A stretch of DNA of 64,000 nucleotides from Candidatus Gorgyraea atricola (GCA_030765235.1 JAVCCW010000001.1:35172-99171); one strand, 5' to 3'; numbered from the stretch's first letter, positions 17,457-27,266 are shown. The notes: generated by a model not told the origin, from the sequence alone. Translations and numbers: made by a program.

Positions 17457-18251
17457 TCACAGATCAAGCATTCTTTCTATAAAAAGTTTCACTTCACTCG
17501 TGTTTTTTAAAAAATAATCCGCCTTGCTTTTTATTTTCCTGGGCCCCACGAATATGGATATGCCTTTGCCCTTAATGGCCTTAAATGCATCTTCATCAGT
17601 AACATCATCGCCTATATGTATAGGTAGCGCGCGTTTATATTTCTTAAGCAGGCATAGCACTGCCTTGCCCTTGTCCCATTCAATGCCAGGCCTTACCTCT
17701 AAAACCATCTTACCTGCTGAGCTTTTAAGTTTTCTTGAAAGGACATATGGAGCCACGATTCTACTAAATGCTCTTTTAACTAATATTCTCTTCGCAGGCT
17801 TTACGAGCCTGTAATGCACGCTCAGCGTACAGCCTTTGTCCTCCACTATTACACCTTTAATATCAGCCAATGCCTTGTTTAACTTTGAAGTTACCTGTTC
17901 CACCGCGTAGGTGGAATTAATTCCACCTACGCGGTGGAACAGGTTTGCTCCATCCTCTATCTCCAAGCCATGATTCCCAGCATATACAATACCCTTGATG
18001 CCAACCATTTTCTTTACATTTGCCAGAGACCTTCCGCTTATAATAGCGAGTTTAAATCTAGGGTCTTTCTTTAGTTTTTTTAAGGAGTTTCTTACTGCTG
18101 GAGAGATCTTTGCCAATTCTGGCGTTGCCACAATAGGTGTAAGCGTGCCATCATAATCAAAAAATAAAAATGTCAAAGGAGATTTTTGTATCTGAGGGGA
18201 AATCTTGGCCCAACTGCTAAAAAGATATTTCATGTCATTCTTTAAATTCAA
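17457..18251 (-). CDS. otsB: trehalose-6-phosphate phosphatase (HAD-IIB)
   Basis: FFDYDGTLTP, GRSL, and the GDDVTDEDAF HAD motifs. Confidence 0.8.
   Translation of the reverse strand: MNLKNDMKYLFSSWAKISPQIQKSPLTFLFFDYDGTLTPIVATPELAKISPAVRNSLKKLKKDPRFKLAIISGRSLANVKKMVGIKGIVYAGNHGLEIEDGANLFHRVGGINSTYAVEQVTSKLNKALADIKGVIVEDKGCTLSVHYRLVKPAKRILVKRAFSRIVAPYVLSRKLKSSAGKMVLEVRPGIEWDKGKAVLCLLKKYKRALPIHIGDDVTDEDAFKAIKGKGISIFVGPRKIKSKADYFLKNTSEVKLFIERMLDL
17895..17943. repeat. 48-bp perfect palindrome (24+24, no spacer) inside the otsB coding frame
   Basis: ctgttccaccgcgtaggtggaatt|aattccacctacgcggtggaacag, encoding LFHRVGGINSTYAVEQ. Confidence 0.9.
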
Positions 18252-19713
18252 ATTTCAAGAGCTCTGAAAGAAGCTTACCTGCCCACTTATAGATATTGTT
18301 GTCTCTAACCTGTTTGCGCATCTTCTGCATACGAGACTTCGCGTCTTTTTTATTCATCTCGACAGCGACCTTTAATTTATCCGCGAAATCATCTGTATCA
18401 TAAGGATTTATCATGATCGCATCGTGCAGTTCACGAAAAGAACCTGTGAATTTGCTCAACACCAGGACTCCTGATGAATCTGTGTGCGCAGAGACATACT
18501 CCTTTGCCACAAGATTCATGCCGTCGTGGAGCGGACTCACCACGCATATATTAGCAAGCTTATAAAATGCTATGACCTCTGGATATGTTATATAGCGCCT
18601 TACAAATACTATGGGCTGCCATCCTTCGTATGAATGCTTCCAGTTTATCTCCTCTACAAGCGCGTTTATCTCGTCATTGAGATTTTTATAAGCAGGGATG
18701 TGCATCCTGGAAAGCCTGCCCATCTGTATAAAAACAAATTTTCCTCTATATTCAGGATATTTTTCCACAAACCTGTCTACTGCACGCAATCTTTCTAATA
18801 TTCCTTTTGTATAATCGATCCTGTCCAGGCCAAGCATGATAAAATCATAATTTAGCAGAAATTCCTCTTTGAGGTTCTGCATGTATTCTTCTACCTGGTC
18901 AGATTTTGAAAGTTCTTCTACATAGTCATGGTCCACGCCTATTGGAAAAGGCCTTATAATAGTCTCGTGCCCTCCTTTTATAATAGAAAATCTCTCACGA
19001 TCCACTCTTGCTTCTATCTCTTTTTCCACAGTAGAGATAAAATTCTCACAGTGATATCTTAGATGGAACCCTAAAAGGTCGTTTGCCAAAAGTCCCTCCA
19101 GGATCTCTGTCTTCTTGGGGCAGATCCTGAATACCTCTGGATTCGGCCATGGGATATGCCAGAAGTGGGCAGTGATTATATTATTGCCGCCTGCCTCCTT
19201 TAAAAATTTCGGCAAAAGCGCCATGTGGTAATCCTGTATCCATACAAATGCTTTTCTATTGCCTATCTCCTTAAGTATTGCGTCTGCGAATTTCCTGTTG
19301 ACCTTCTCGTACATGCGCCAGTCCGTTTCTTCAAACTTAGGCGGTGTATAAGATATATGCGAGAGAGGCCATAAGGCCTCGTTTGAAAAACCATAGTAAT
19401 AACCGTCTTCCTCTTCTTTTGTCAACCATACACGAAGAAGTGTATACTTCGGGTCATCTGGCGGCACCTGGACTCTATTGTCTTTATCTACTGTCTTTTT
19501 ATCAGCATCCCCGCTTCCATGCGCAACCCACAGGCCGCTACACGCCTTCATAACAGGGTCTAAGGCAGTTATTACGCCTCCTGCTGAACGCTGACAGATG
19601 ATCTTCCCCTTTTTATGCGTGTGCATATAGGGCTCTCTATTAGACACGACTATCAATAAATAGTCGCCCAATTGTTTCTCTATGACTTTCTTGAGATCGT
19701 CCTTAGTCCACAT
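18235..19713 (-). CDS. otsA: alpha,alpha-trehalose-phosphate synthase (UDP-forming), GT20
   Basis: GT20 landmarks: LWVAHGSG, FWHIPWPNPEVFRICP, GLDRIDYTKGI, VVSPLHDGMNLVAKEY. Confidence 0.85.
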   Translation of the reverse strand: MWTKDDLKKVIEKQLGDYLLIVVSNREPYMHTHKKGKIICQRSAGGVITALDPVMKACSGLWVAHGSGDADKKTVDKDNRVQVPPDDPKYTLLRVWLTKEEEDGYYYGFSNEALWPLSHISYTPPKFEETDWRMYEKVNRKFADAILKEIGNRKAFVWIQDYHMALLPKFLKEAGGNNIITAHFWHIPWPNPEVFRICPKKTEILEGLLANDLLGFHLRYHCENFISTVEKEIEARVDRERFSIIKGGHETIIRPFPIGVDHDYVEELSKSDQVEEYMQNLKEEFLLNYDFIMLGLDRIDYTKGILERLRAVDRFVEKYPEYRGKFVFIQMGRLSRMHIPAYKNLNDEINALVEEINWKHSYEGWQPIVFVRRYITYPEVIAFYKLANICVVSPLHDGMNLVAKEYVSAHTDSSGVLVLSKFTGSFRELHDAIMINPYDTDDFADKLKVAVEMNKKDAKSRMQKMRKQVRDNNIYKWAGKLLSELLKFEFKE

Positions 19714-19856
19714 AATAAAACCTCGTTTTTCGTTATTCGGTTGCGTAAATCGAATCGTTATTCGTTGATAGGTTGCGTTTTATTACGTCCAACGATTAAC
19801 GATCAACGATCAACGTTTCGATCTACGCAACCGTACAGCGTATAACAATCTTGTAT
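19714..19856 (-). promoter_or_regulatory. upstream region of the ots/treT operon, with short direct repeats
   Basis: TCGTTATTCG x2, GGTTGCGT x2 and (AACGATC)n (ccaacgattaacgatcaacgatcaacg). Confidence 0.35.
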
Positions 19857-20159
19857 CTATCTTAATTTAAAACTTATATCTAAGAGGGTTCTTACTAAAA
19901 AGCTGCGTAAAAAAATGATCGCGAGAAAGGCTATTATCGGTGATATATCAATACCGATCCCTGCCCGCAAAGGAAGCATTTTTCTTATGGGATAAAGAAT
20001 CGGCTCTGTGGTCTTGTATAAAAATTGGACTACGGAGTTAAGTGGATCCGGATTCACCCAGCTTATTATAGCGCGGATCAATATAAGCCAGTAAAGAACT
20101 GTCAACGCTATGTTCAATAGATTCGCCACTGCTGCGAGAAAATTTGAAAGAACAAACAT
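19857..20159 (-). CDS. YggT family membrane protein
   Basis: ISWVNPDPLNSVVQFLYKTTEPILYPIRKMLP...GIDISPIIAFLAI matches the YggT/Ycf19 signature pattern. Confidence 0.6.
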   Translation of the reverse strand: MFVLSNFLAAVANLLNIALTVLYWLILIRAIISWVNPDPLNSVVQFLYKTTEPILYPIRKMLPLRAGIGIDISPIIAFLAIIFLRSFLVRTLLDISFKLR

Positions 20160-21217
20160 TACTGTGCCTTCTCCTGTGCATAATTTATAGCGCGTATTGG
20201 ATAAGGTATGTTAATGCCTTCTTTAGCATAGCGCTCGTGAAGCCTTTTTATAAACTCATGCTTGATCAGATAATTATCTACGAATTCCTTTGCGCGCAGA
20301 ATAACCGTAAAATTTATACTAAAATCCGCGAATGTATGGTAGCGGATAAAAGGGTTAAACTCCGGCACCCCGCCCTGCACTATCTTCATTACGTCTTTAC
20401 CCACCTCGCAAGTCACCTTTTCAACATGCTTCAGGTCTGAATCATAATGCACACCCACCTGCACCAGCACTGCCAGCTCCTTCTGTGGATAATAATAATT
20501 TATGATCTTCGAACTAACCAAGCTCTTATTAGGCATTACCACCACATTATTCGGCAGCATCCTTATCCAGCTCGAACGCCAGCCAATCTTTTCCACATAA
20601 CCCTCTTCTCCTGAATCAAGCTTCACAAACTGGCCTACCTTTATCGGCTTATCAATAATGATCTGCATGCCCGCGAATAAATTCTCCAATGTCGGCTGTA
20701 AAGCCAATGCCACAGCCAAAGAACCAATGCCAAGTGAAGCCAGTATAGGCGTAATGGATACCCCAAAGCTATCCAGAAGTATCAAAACACCCAGCGCTAT
20801 CACCACTATCCTTACAAACCCTCTTACAACCCCGCCAGATGTCTTTAATATATCCACCTTGTGCGAGTAATTATGTACGAAGTTATTGGTCAGCTTATCT
20901 AAAAATAGAATAATAGCGACTATCGTGGTCGCCTTAAATGCCAGTATCACATAGCGCGTCAGCTCAGAATTAGCGCTTATAGGAGAGATCCTTTGGATAA
21001 TAAATACACCACTGGCAAATATCAATAATGTTAAAGGAAAGTTCAATGCGCCCAACAAGATATCATCCAGCTTAGAACGCGTGCGGCTACACAGCTTCTC
21101 CACCCGCTTAAATACCACCTTTTTAACAACTAAAAGTACGCTCACCCACACAAAATACACCACAGGTGCATATATGAAGGCAGGAATCCTTAAACCAAAT
21201 AGAGTGATTTCTTTCAT
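20159..21217 (-). CDS. mechanosensitive ion channel, MscS family
   Basis: N-terminal TM helices plus the MscS beta-domain IKVGQFVKLDSGEEGYVEKIGWRSSWIRMLPNNVVVMPNKSL. Confidence 0.8.
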   Translation of the reverse strand: MKEITLFGLRIPAFIYAPVVYFVWVSVLLVVKKVVFKRVEKLCSRTRSKLDDILLGALNFPLTLLIFASGVFIIQRISPISANSELTRYVILAFKATTIVAIILFLDKLTNNFVHNYSHKVDILKTSGGVVRGFVRIVVIALGVLILLDSFGVSITPILASLGIGSLAVALALQPTLENLFAGMQIIIDKPIKVGQFVKLDSGEEGYVEKIGWRSSWIRMLPNNVVVMPNKSLVSSKIINYYYPQKELAVLVQVGVHYDSDLKHVEKVTCEVGKDVMKIVQGGVPEFNPFIRYHTFADFSINFTVILRAKEFVDNYLIKHEFIKRLHERYAKEGINIPYPIRAINYAQEKAQ

Positions 21218-21271
21218 AATATATTCATAATAAACGAGTTGGGCGAATTTGTCAAGAAAAATCAGAAAACA

Positions 21272-21319
21272 TCAAAAAACAGGCCTTTTGCGTAAGTCAA
21301 TAAACAACACAAAAGGCCT
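21272..21319 (-). terminator. intrinsic terminator downstream of the 1723-aa giant gene
   Basis: The minus RNA reads AGGCCUUUU-N22-AAAAGGCCU followed by GUUUUUUGAUGUUUU. Confidence 0.5.
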
Positions 21320-21330
21320 TTAAACAATCT

Positions 21331-24300
21331 TTACATTGAACTATCTAGTACCTTGCTTCTTTTCTCTATGGTATCTAATATGCTAGGTCTTGCCTTCTCT
21401 AATATATCAGCTACTTCATCAAAATATGCCTTGAGCGCATGTCTTGTATCTTCATTGTTCTCATCAAATATAAGACTCATTGCCCAGCCAGGCTTATCCT
21501 TAGCAACTAATTTTCCATCTTCTAATTTCTGGCCGTCCTCTCGCTTAATATCATATCCAGAAAGTGCCAGGAGATTACCCAGCCAGTGCATCTTTAAATA
21601 ATCAGATGAATACTTGACATTTGAGTTCTTAAATTGCTCAAGATGATTCATGCCGATTAAAGATGTAGTAAGACACTTCTGAGCAGCCTTAATCATGGCA
21701 TGATATGCATGACCTGAGCCAGGAAGCTTGCCTACGTCAGCAAACTTTTTCAGGGTCTTTCTCCATAATACATCATCTCCATGATTCAATACATCCCGCA
21801 TGGCCAAACCATCTTTAGTATAAGATGTCTCACCAGAGTGCGCCAATTCGCCATATTCAATATCCCCTTTCTTTAGAGCAATACTGTGGATAGCTGCAGA
21901 TACATGGGCTGGATCAAATATATTTAGAGCCCTGCCTGTTTTGGCAGAAAGAGCTTCGAGTTCATTTATCAATTCCTCTTCTGTAAACAATCCCCTCTGT
22001 ACCATAGCATGCCAATTCAAGGTAATCTCATCTTTTGTAGCTGCATAGCGGCTTTCTGTTATAGCCTTAATTGTCCTTGTAAAATTAGCCTTCTTAAGCC
22101 TCATCCAGTCCACAATCTTTTTATAAAACTCTACTGGTGGCTGGTCTACTGCGCATATATTCCACTGCTCTGCAACGCCGAATACTGACCAGTGAACTAC
22201 ACTCATTATCCTGGCTAAAAGCACCTTATCATCAAGCTGTTGTGCTGCCTCATCATCATCAAAGTCTAAGACCATAACTGAATATCCAGCCTTCTTTAGC
22301 TGATCTATCTTTTTCTCAGAAACATTCGTCAATCCTTTGACTCGTATAACCAAAAATGCCTTGTCATTCTTACCAGTGACAACAGGCTCGCAGTTTTTGA
22401 GGTCTAAATCATCATTCATCACTATCTTTAATAAATGGTCCCTGTCTTTACCCAAAGACTCTTCAAAATCCTGCTTAATCCAGAGCGCTCCATCTTCCCA
22501 CGCGCCTTTTGAAGTATCGCCCTGCCATTCTTTGGGTATGGTAGTTACTATCTTGTTAATGCCTTGCTTCTCATTCATCACCATCCATGCGGAAACCGGC
22601 ATGGATTTTCCAAGAACTTCCTCTTCTTTAATATTAGCTGCGCTAACCCATTTTTGTAAGTCAATACCTGCCAGGGCTAAGGGCAAAAGCATACCATTAG
22701 TATAAGGCCCGTCATGCCTGCCTGATGTAGTAGCATTGCCTTTTAAATTAGGCATGCTTGCATCAGCTTGATCAGGCTGGTGCACGATCCTTTGGCAACC
22801 TTCTAAAGCTTTATCCACATATGAATTATCAATAGTAATCTTGTAAAAATGATCCTCTAGTTTAAGTCCATATTCTGCAAAGATTGGCTTTAAGGCATTA
22901 TCTGCATTATACACAGGCTCATAAGATGTCATACCTAAGGCCTGAGCAACAACCACGGTCTTTTTTAAACCCCTTTTCAAGGCTATCTCATAATCCAAGT
23001 CTAACTCACCTGATTTTTCTCTCTCTTGCTCAACTATTTTGTCGTATATAAACTGCAATGTCTCAGAATCCACATTGTCCACTCCGAAAAATATAAGCTT
23101 CTTTCCATTAACCCCCTCAATAGCTTTAGTAGCAATAGCGGCATTCTTATCCTCTATAGACCCGCCCATGCCTGGCCAGATAACATATTCTACATCTGTT
23201 TCGTAGGCATCGTTTAAGCGTTTGTTTATACCCTTTGCTGTCTTCTGGGTCCTCTCTATTAGCTTAGGGCCCAGCTCAGGATCATTAAGCGCCTTTCCTA
23301 AATAAAATGCGCCAAGATTTATCTTATTCACCTTACCTGGCTCAGAACTAGGCTCGCAAAACACCTCGATAAGCGGATGGTCTCCAATATTTAACTTTTC
23401 CGGATCCTGCGACGTCTTATTCTTCTCATCCCAGAACAAAGGATTCCAAATCCCTTCTTTTAAGGCATCATAAATCTTCTTCGCAAGCGTCCTGATGTTT
23501 TTCTTTGTAGGGAGAATTGGCGCTTCTTCCTTCACAGGCGTCATCCTAGTTATGTCCCGCTTGCGAGCTGTTACCTTTTCAGGACCATCGGGTAACTGCA
23601 ATCCTAACTCTTCAAAACCATTTATCTTTATCCCTTCCATGCTAACCTCGAAAGGCACATAGCCCTTTAAATTTCCTGTACCATGAATAATTTTTTTTGC
23701 TTCTACTTCTGTCAAAAGGTCTATCCCCATCGCTTTTAGGATATCTATAGCAGCTTGTTTTGTTTCTTCTGTTATCACTCCTATATTAGATGAGGGTCCT
23801 CCTGCACCTAAAGGCTGCGCTGCTATATGCGCCTCGTTTAGTTTCTGAACTGCACTATGTATGGGTTCCATTGTGTAAAGACTCATCTCTCTAAGTTTCT
23901 CGCCACCTATTCTGTCGTATAATTCTTTAACTAACCCATATTTGTCTTTATGTTTTTCTTCAAAAGCCAGTTCTGCAAATTTAGACGCATAACCAGGCAA
24001 CCCTGTTTTGCCTTCATGCGCATCAATTGCATTCCTTATCCAAATCCTGCAAAGCTCATCCCGTATCCAGACATATCTTAATACACCATCGATTAACGTA
24101 TGCCAATCTCCCTCTTTGTATGCCTGGGCATTTCGTGCTGTTATGGCTTTGAATTCCCCGAGTAAGTCTATTCCCTCTTTAATTCTAAAGCGTATAAAAT
24201 CTGTCCACATCTCATTAATCAACGCTGCTGTCCTATCGTCATCCGCTTCTCCATCTGTATACCCCTTGCCTGCCTGGACTAAAAGAAAGCGGTCTTCTAT

Positions 24301-26502
24301 CTCTTTTATTTTTTCTTCAGTGGTCGCTAATGGTATTGCTAATGCCCCGTAAGTATTAACAAGTTCTCCTTTTTCGTTTTTCTGTCCAGATCTCCATACT
24401 TGCTGGTGTATTCCGCCTGTTAAAAAACAAAGATGACCCTGGCCGCCTGTCAGACCTCTAAATACATCATTCTCGAGTTTTACTGCTAAGGCAAAGATAT
24501 CTGCTTGGCTGAGGTTTGCTCCGCTTAATATACTTGCAGCTGTTATGACTGACATGCTAAAACCATTTGAAGATTCCATGCCTCCTGCCAATGCCATTGC
24601 AGGAACAGGAGGACATGTTATCCTTATGCCTTTTAATCCACAGAGATTAGCAAATACAAAAGCTGGCAAAAATCTCATATGTGCTGTACCGTTTTCATCG
24701 AGTGCTACATTTCCTTTCACTACGAGAGGTTCGTCTTCTGGGATTCCATAATCAGGAGCAACATATTCTATAGCATCCGGATCATCTGCTGCTTCGATTT
24801 TTATAGTTATGCCCATCTTGCTTGCTATAGCAACTGTTGATGGAAATTCCTCTATTTTTTTAGCTTCAATTTCAGTGTACTCGTCTTGGAACTCAGGTAG
24901 ATCCAGGCTTGAACCGCCTATTACATCTGATCCCCTTAACTGTCCAGATACAGATGTTTCGATGTCGTTTTTCTTTGCTTCTAATAATTTATTTCTTGCT
25001 TCCTCAGCGCTTACACTAGGATTAACCCATTTTTTTAACTGCTTTTCGCTCACGCGTTTACGTAATCCAAAATTTATCTTTGGGTCAAACAAATATCCTT
25101 CCACCAGCACTGCGTCTCTTACTGCTTTTCTTACCTGCGTCAGGGTCTCCTCACCTGCTCTATCCAATGTGCCTCTCTGAAGCCCCTTGCCTATTACCTT
25201 TTCTGCTGCCACTTGCATGTCTTTTAAGTCTTCATGGGTAAGACCATCAAATTCAGGTGTAAATGCAGTTGTGCCGTCTTTTCTTCGTTCGATAATCCCT
25301 AACCGCTCACCGAGTCTAAATTCAGCATCAATTGTATAATCTGAAAATGGTTCTCCTGATTTTCTATCCCTTCCTGCCTCTTTCCTCACCTGTTTTAGAT
25401 TACTGGTATTGCATACACCTACTTGATCTATAAGCGTATCCAATAGACCATAGAAAGCCCCTTCGGTCTTGGGTTTAGCGTCTAAACTAAACGCAAGACC
25501 AGCGAGTGGTTCAGCACTTATTATATTTGCAAGCATTTTCCTGAGTGCTCCCTTGGCCTTTAAAGGATTATCTGGCCACCAACCTTTATCCATAATTCTT
25601 TTTATGCCCTTATAACCTTTTGCAACCAAAAACTTGTAATGTTCTGGTTTATTTAATTTAAGCAATTTAAAGAAATCGTCTATTTTGTAGGAGTGCAAAG
25701 ATTGATAAACCATGATATCATACATAGGTATGCCAACATCCCATAGATATCTTACATGTTCATCAATAACCCATTCTGGATCATCTGTTTCCTTATTCTT
25801 GTGCATTATCTCCTCTAATATCCTTTCAAAAATAACACGTGACAATGTATCAGTATAGTTCGCTTTCATATGTTTATAATACTTCTCGTCGTCCTTATTA
25901 GTAAGGCCTTCTCCTAGTATGTAACGCTCATATAAATGATGAATCCCCTCGTCAATTGCTATATAAACTGTCTTATTTTTCTCGTCATAATATCTCCTTG
26001 CTTGAGCCTTAAGAACACCTGACTTAACTGAAATAAATTTTATTTCTTTGGCACCCAAATTCCATTCCTTGCGAAAGTTTTTAGCAAAGATATCTAGAGC
26101 CAACTCTTGGGTCGGCAGTAATCTTCCAAAAAATCCATTAAAAATATCTACTACAAACCGCTCTAATTTATCTTCATGTGATGGCAAATCGGTAGTAATT
26201 AGATCACGTGGCTTCGCATCATCTATAGCAATACCTTCTAAAAAATCTTTCATATTTGCTGTTTCCTCAATCTTATTCTCCTTACTCAATACCTCTCTTA
26301 AGGTCGGCCCTGGCATGACTACGCCCATTATAAAGCTCTCGCCTTCTTTGGCAGCCTTGCTAGTCTGTTCTACCATACCAGGATTTCCCTGTAAGGCAGG
26401 CCGCAATGAGTTGGAACTGGGGATTGCATATGCTGTATTAGTTAATAGGAAGGTTATGATGGTAAGCGTAGAGATGATTCTATTACATAGATTGCTCTTC
26501 AT
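21331..26502 (-). CDS. giant secreted multidomain protein (1723 aa). A GHMP-kinase-like motif region and a sugar-phosphate-isomerase-like region are suspected.
   Basis: Signal peptide IISTLTIITFLLTNTAYAIP is paralogous to those of the other two giant proteins. AGGMESSNGFSMSVITAAS resembles the GHMP PxGSGLGSSAA motif. TSGRHDGPYTNG is loosely PGI-like. Both domain calls are weak. Confidence 0.7.
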   Translation of the reverse strand: MKSNLCNRIISTLTIITFLLTNTAYAIPSSNSLRPALQGNPGMVEQTSKAAKEGESFIMGVVMPGPTLREVLSKENKIEETANMKDFLEGIAIDDAKPRDLITTDLPSHEDKLERFVVDIFNGFFGRLLPTQELALDIFAKNFRKEWNLGAKEIKFISVKSGVLKAQARRYYDEKNKTVYIAIDEGIHHLYERYILGEGLTNKDDEKYYKHMKANYTDTLSRVIFERILEEIMHKNKETDDPEWVIDEHVRYLWDVGIPMYDIMVYQSLHSYKIDDFFKLLKLNKPEHYKFLVAKGYKGIKRIMDKGWWPDNPLKAKGALRKMLANIISAEPLAGLAFSLDAKPKTEGAFYGLLDTLIDQVGVCNTSNLKQVRKEAGRDRKSGEPFSDYTIDAEFRLGERLGIIERRKDGTTAFTPEFDGLTHEDLKDMQVAAEKVIGKGLQRGTLDRAGEETLTQVRKAVRDAVLVEGYLFDPKINFGLRKRVSEKQLKKWVNPSVSAEEARNKLLEAKKNDIETSVSGQLRGSDVIGGSSLDLPEFQDEYTEIEAKKIEEFPSTVAIASKMGITIKIEAADDPDAIEYVAPDYGIPEDEPLVVKGNVALDENGTAHMRFLPAFVFANLCGLKGIRITCPPVPAMALAGGMESSNGFSMSVITAASILSGANLSQADIFALAVKLENDVFRGLTGGQGHLCFLTGGIHQQVWRSGQKNEKGELVNTYGALAIPLATTEEKIKEIEDRFLLVQAGKGYTDGEADDDRTAALINEMWTDFIRFRIKEGIDLLGEFKAITARNAQAYKEGDWHTLIDGVLRYVWIRDELCRIWIRNAIDAHEGKTGLPGYASKFAELAFEEKHKDKYGLVKELYDRIGGEKLREMSLYTMEPIHSAVQKLNEAHIAAQPLGAGGPSSNIGVITEETKQAAIDILKAMGIDLLTEVEAKKIIHGTGNLKGYVPFEVSMEGIKINGFEELGLQLPDGPEKVTARKRDITRMTPVKEEAPILPTKKNIRTLAKKIYDALKEGIWNPLFWDEKNKTSQDPEKLNIGDHPLIEVFCEPSSEPGKVNKINLGAFYLGKALNDPELGPKLIERTQKTAKGINKRLNDAYETDVEYVIWPGMGGSIEDKNAAIATKAIEGVNGKKLIFFGVDNVDSETLQFIYDKIVEQEREKSGELDLDYEIALKRGLKKTVVVAQALGMTSYEPVYNADNALKPIFAEYGLKLEDHFYKITIDNSYVDKALEGCQRIVHQPDQADASMPNLKGNATTSGRHDGPYTNGMLLPLALAGIDLQKWVSAANIKEEEVLGKSMPVSAWMVMNEKQGINKIVTTIPKEWQGDTSKGAWEDGALWIKQDFEESLGKDRDHLLKIVMNDDLDLKNCEPVVTGKNDKAFLVIRVKGLTNVSEKKIDQLKKAGYSVMVLDFDDDEAAQQLDDKVLLARIMSVVHWSVFGVAEQWNICAVDQPPVEFYKKIVDWMRLKKANFTRTIKAITESRYAATKDEITLNWHAMVQRGLFTEEELINELEALSAKTGRALNIFDPAHVSAAIHSIALKKGDIEYGELAHSGETSYTKDGLAMRDVLNHGDDVLWRKTLKKFADVGKLPGSGHAYHAMIKAAQKCLTTSLIGMNHLEQFKNSNVKYSSDYLKMHWLGNLLALSGYDIKREDGQKLEDGKLVAKDKPGWAMSLIFDENNEDTRHALKAYFDEVADILEKARPSILDTIEKRSKVLDSSM

Positions 26503-26544
26503 ATAAATTCTCCTTTTGTTAAGCAGATTTTAAATATATTTATA

Positions 26545-26575
26545 ATATACCACGAAAACGCTTTCTCGTCAATCA
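26545..26575 (-). promoter_or_regulatory. putative extended -10 promoter (TGgTATATT) for the giant gene, sharing a motif with 15485-15515
   Basis: The minus strand reads GAGAAAGCGTTTTCGTGGTATATTAT, then about 40 nt to the RBS AAAGGAG and the ATG. Confidence 0.45.
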
Positions 26576-26580
26576 AAAAA

Positions 26581-27264
26581 TTATACCCTTTTTGAAGCTT
26601 TGCTTATTATAAGAACGAACTCTCCGCGGGGTAAATGGGAGGTAAAATGCTGAATTGCGCTGGAGGCTTTAAGGCGTAGGGTCTCTTCAAAAACTTTTGT
26701 CAGCTCTCGACTTACAACAATCTCTCTATCCCCTAATATATCTAATATATCCTCTAAACACTTTAAAACCCTGTGCGGAGATTCATAGAGGATAATGGTT
26801 CTTGCTTCATTTTTTAACGCGCCTAGCTGTTTTCTGCGCCTTGCCTTCTTATTAGACAAAAACCCCTGGAATGCGAAGCTATCAGTAGGCATGCCTGATG
26901 AGACCAGGGCTGCTATAAGTGCACATGGCCCAGGCAAAGCTATTATAGGTATATCATTATCTATAGCTAGTCTTATAATCTTATATCCAGGGTCGCTTAT
27001 CCCAGGCGTGCCACTGTCAGAGACAATGGCAATGTTCTTATCTTCCTTGAGTAATCTTATAAGATAGTCACCTTTTTTAACCTGATTGTGCTCGAAGTAA
27101 CTTGTGGTGGGCTTGTCGATACTATAATGGGAGAGCAGTTTTCTTGTATGCCTTGTATCCTCGCACGCAATAAGATCCACTTCTTTAAGCGTATCTATGG
27201 CGCGTAACGTTATGTCTCTGAGATTACCTATAGGTGTAGCAACTATATAAAGTTTTCCTGGCAT
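26581..27264 (-). CDS. rsmI: 16S rRNA (cytidine1402-2'-O)-methyltransferase
   Basis: LYIVATPIGNLRDITLRAIDTLKEVDLIACEDTRHT is a canonical RsmI N-terminus. Confidence 0.85.
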   Translation of the reverse strand: MPGKLYIVATPIGNLRDITLRAIDTLKEVDLIACEDTRHTRKLLSHYSIDKPTTSYFEHNQVKKGDYLIRLLKEDKNIAIVSDSGTPGISDPGYKIIRLAIDNDIPIIALPGPCALIAALVSSGMPTDSFAFQGFLSNKKARRRKQLGALKNEARTIILYESPHRVLKCLEDILDILGDREIVVSRELTKVFEETLRLKASSAIQHFTSHLPRGEFVLIISKASKRV

Positions 27265-27266
27265 GA

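Noticed and set aside
19780-19830. Short AACGATC tandem repeats as a possible CRISPR or minisatellite
   Set aside because: Three units of 7 nt in a promoter region are more plausibly a regulatory repeat.
20144-20440. 98-aa plus-strand ORF overlapping yggT and mscS
   Set aside because: It lies antisense to two supported genes and shows no motifs.
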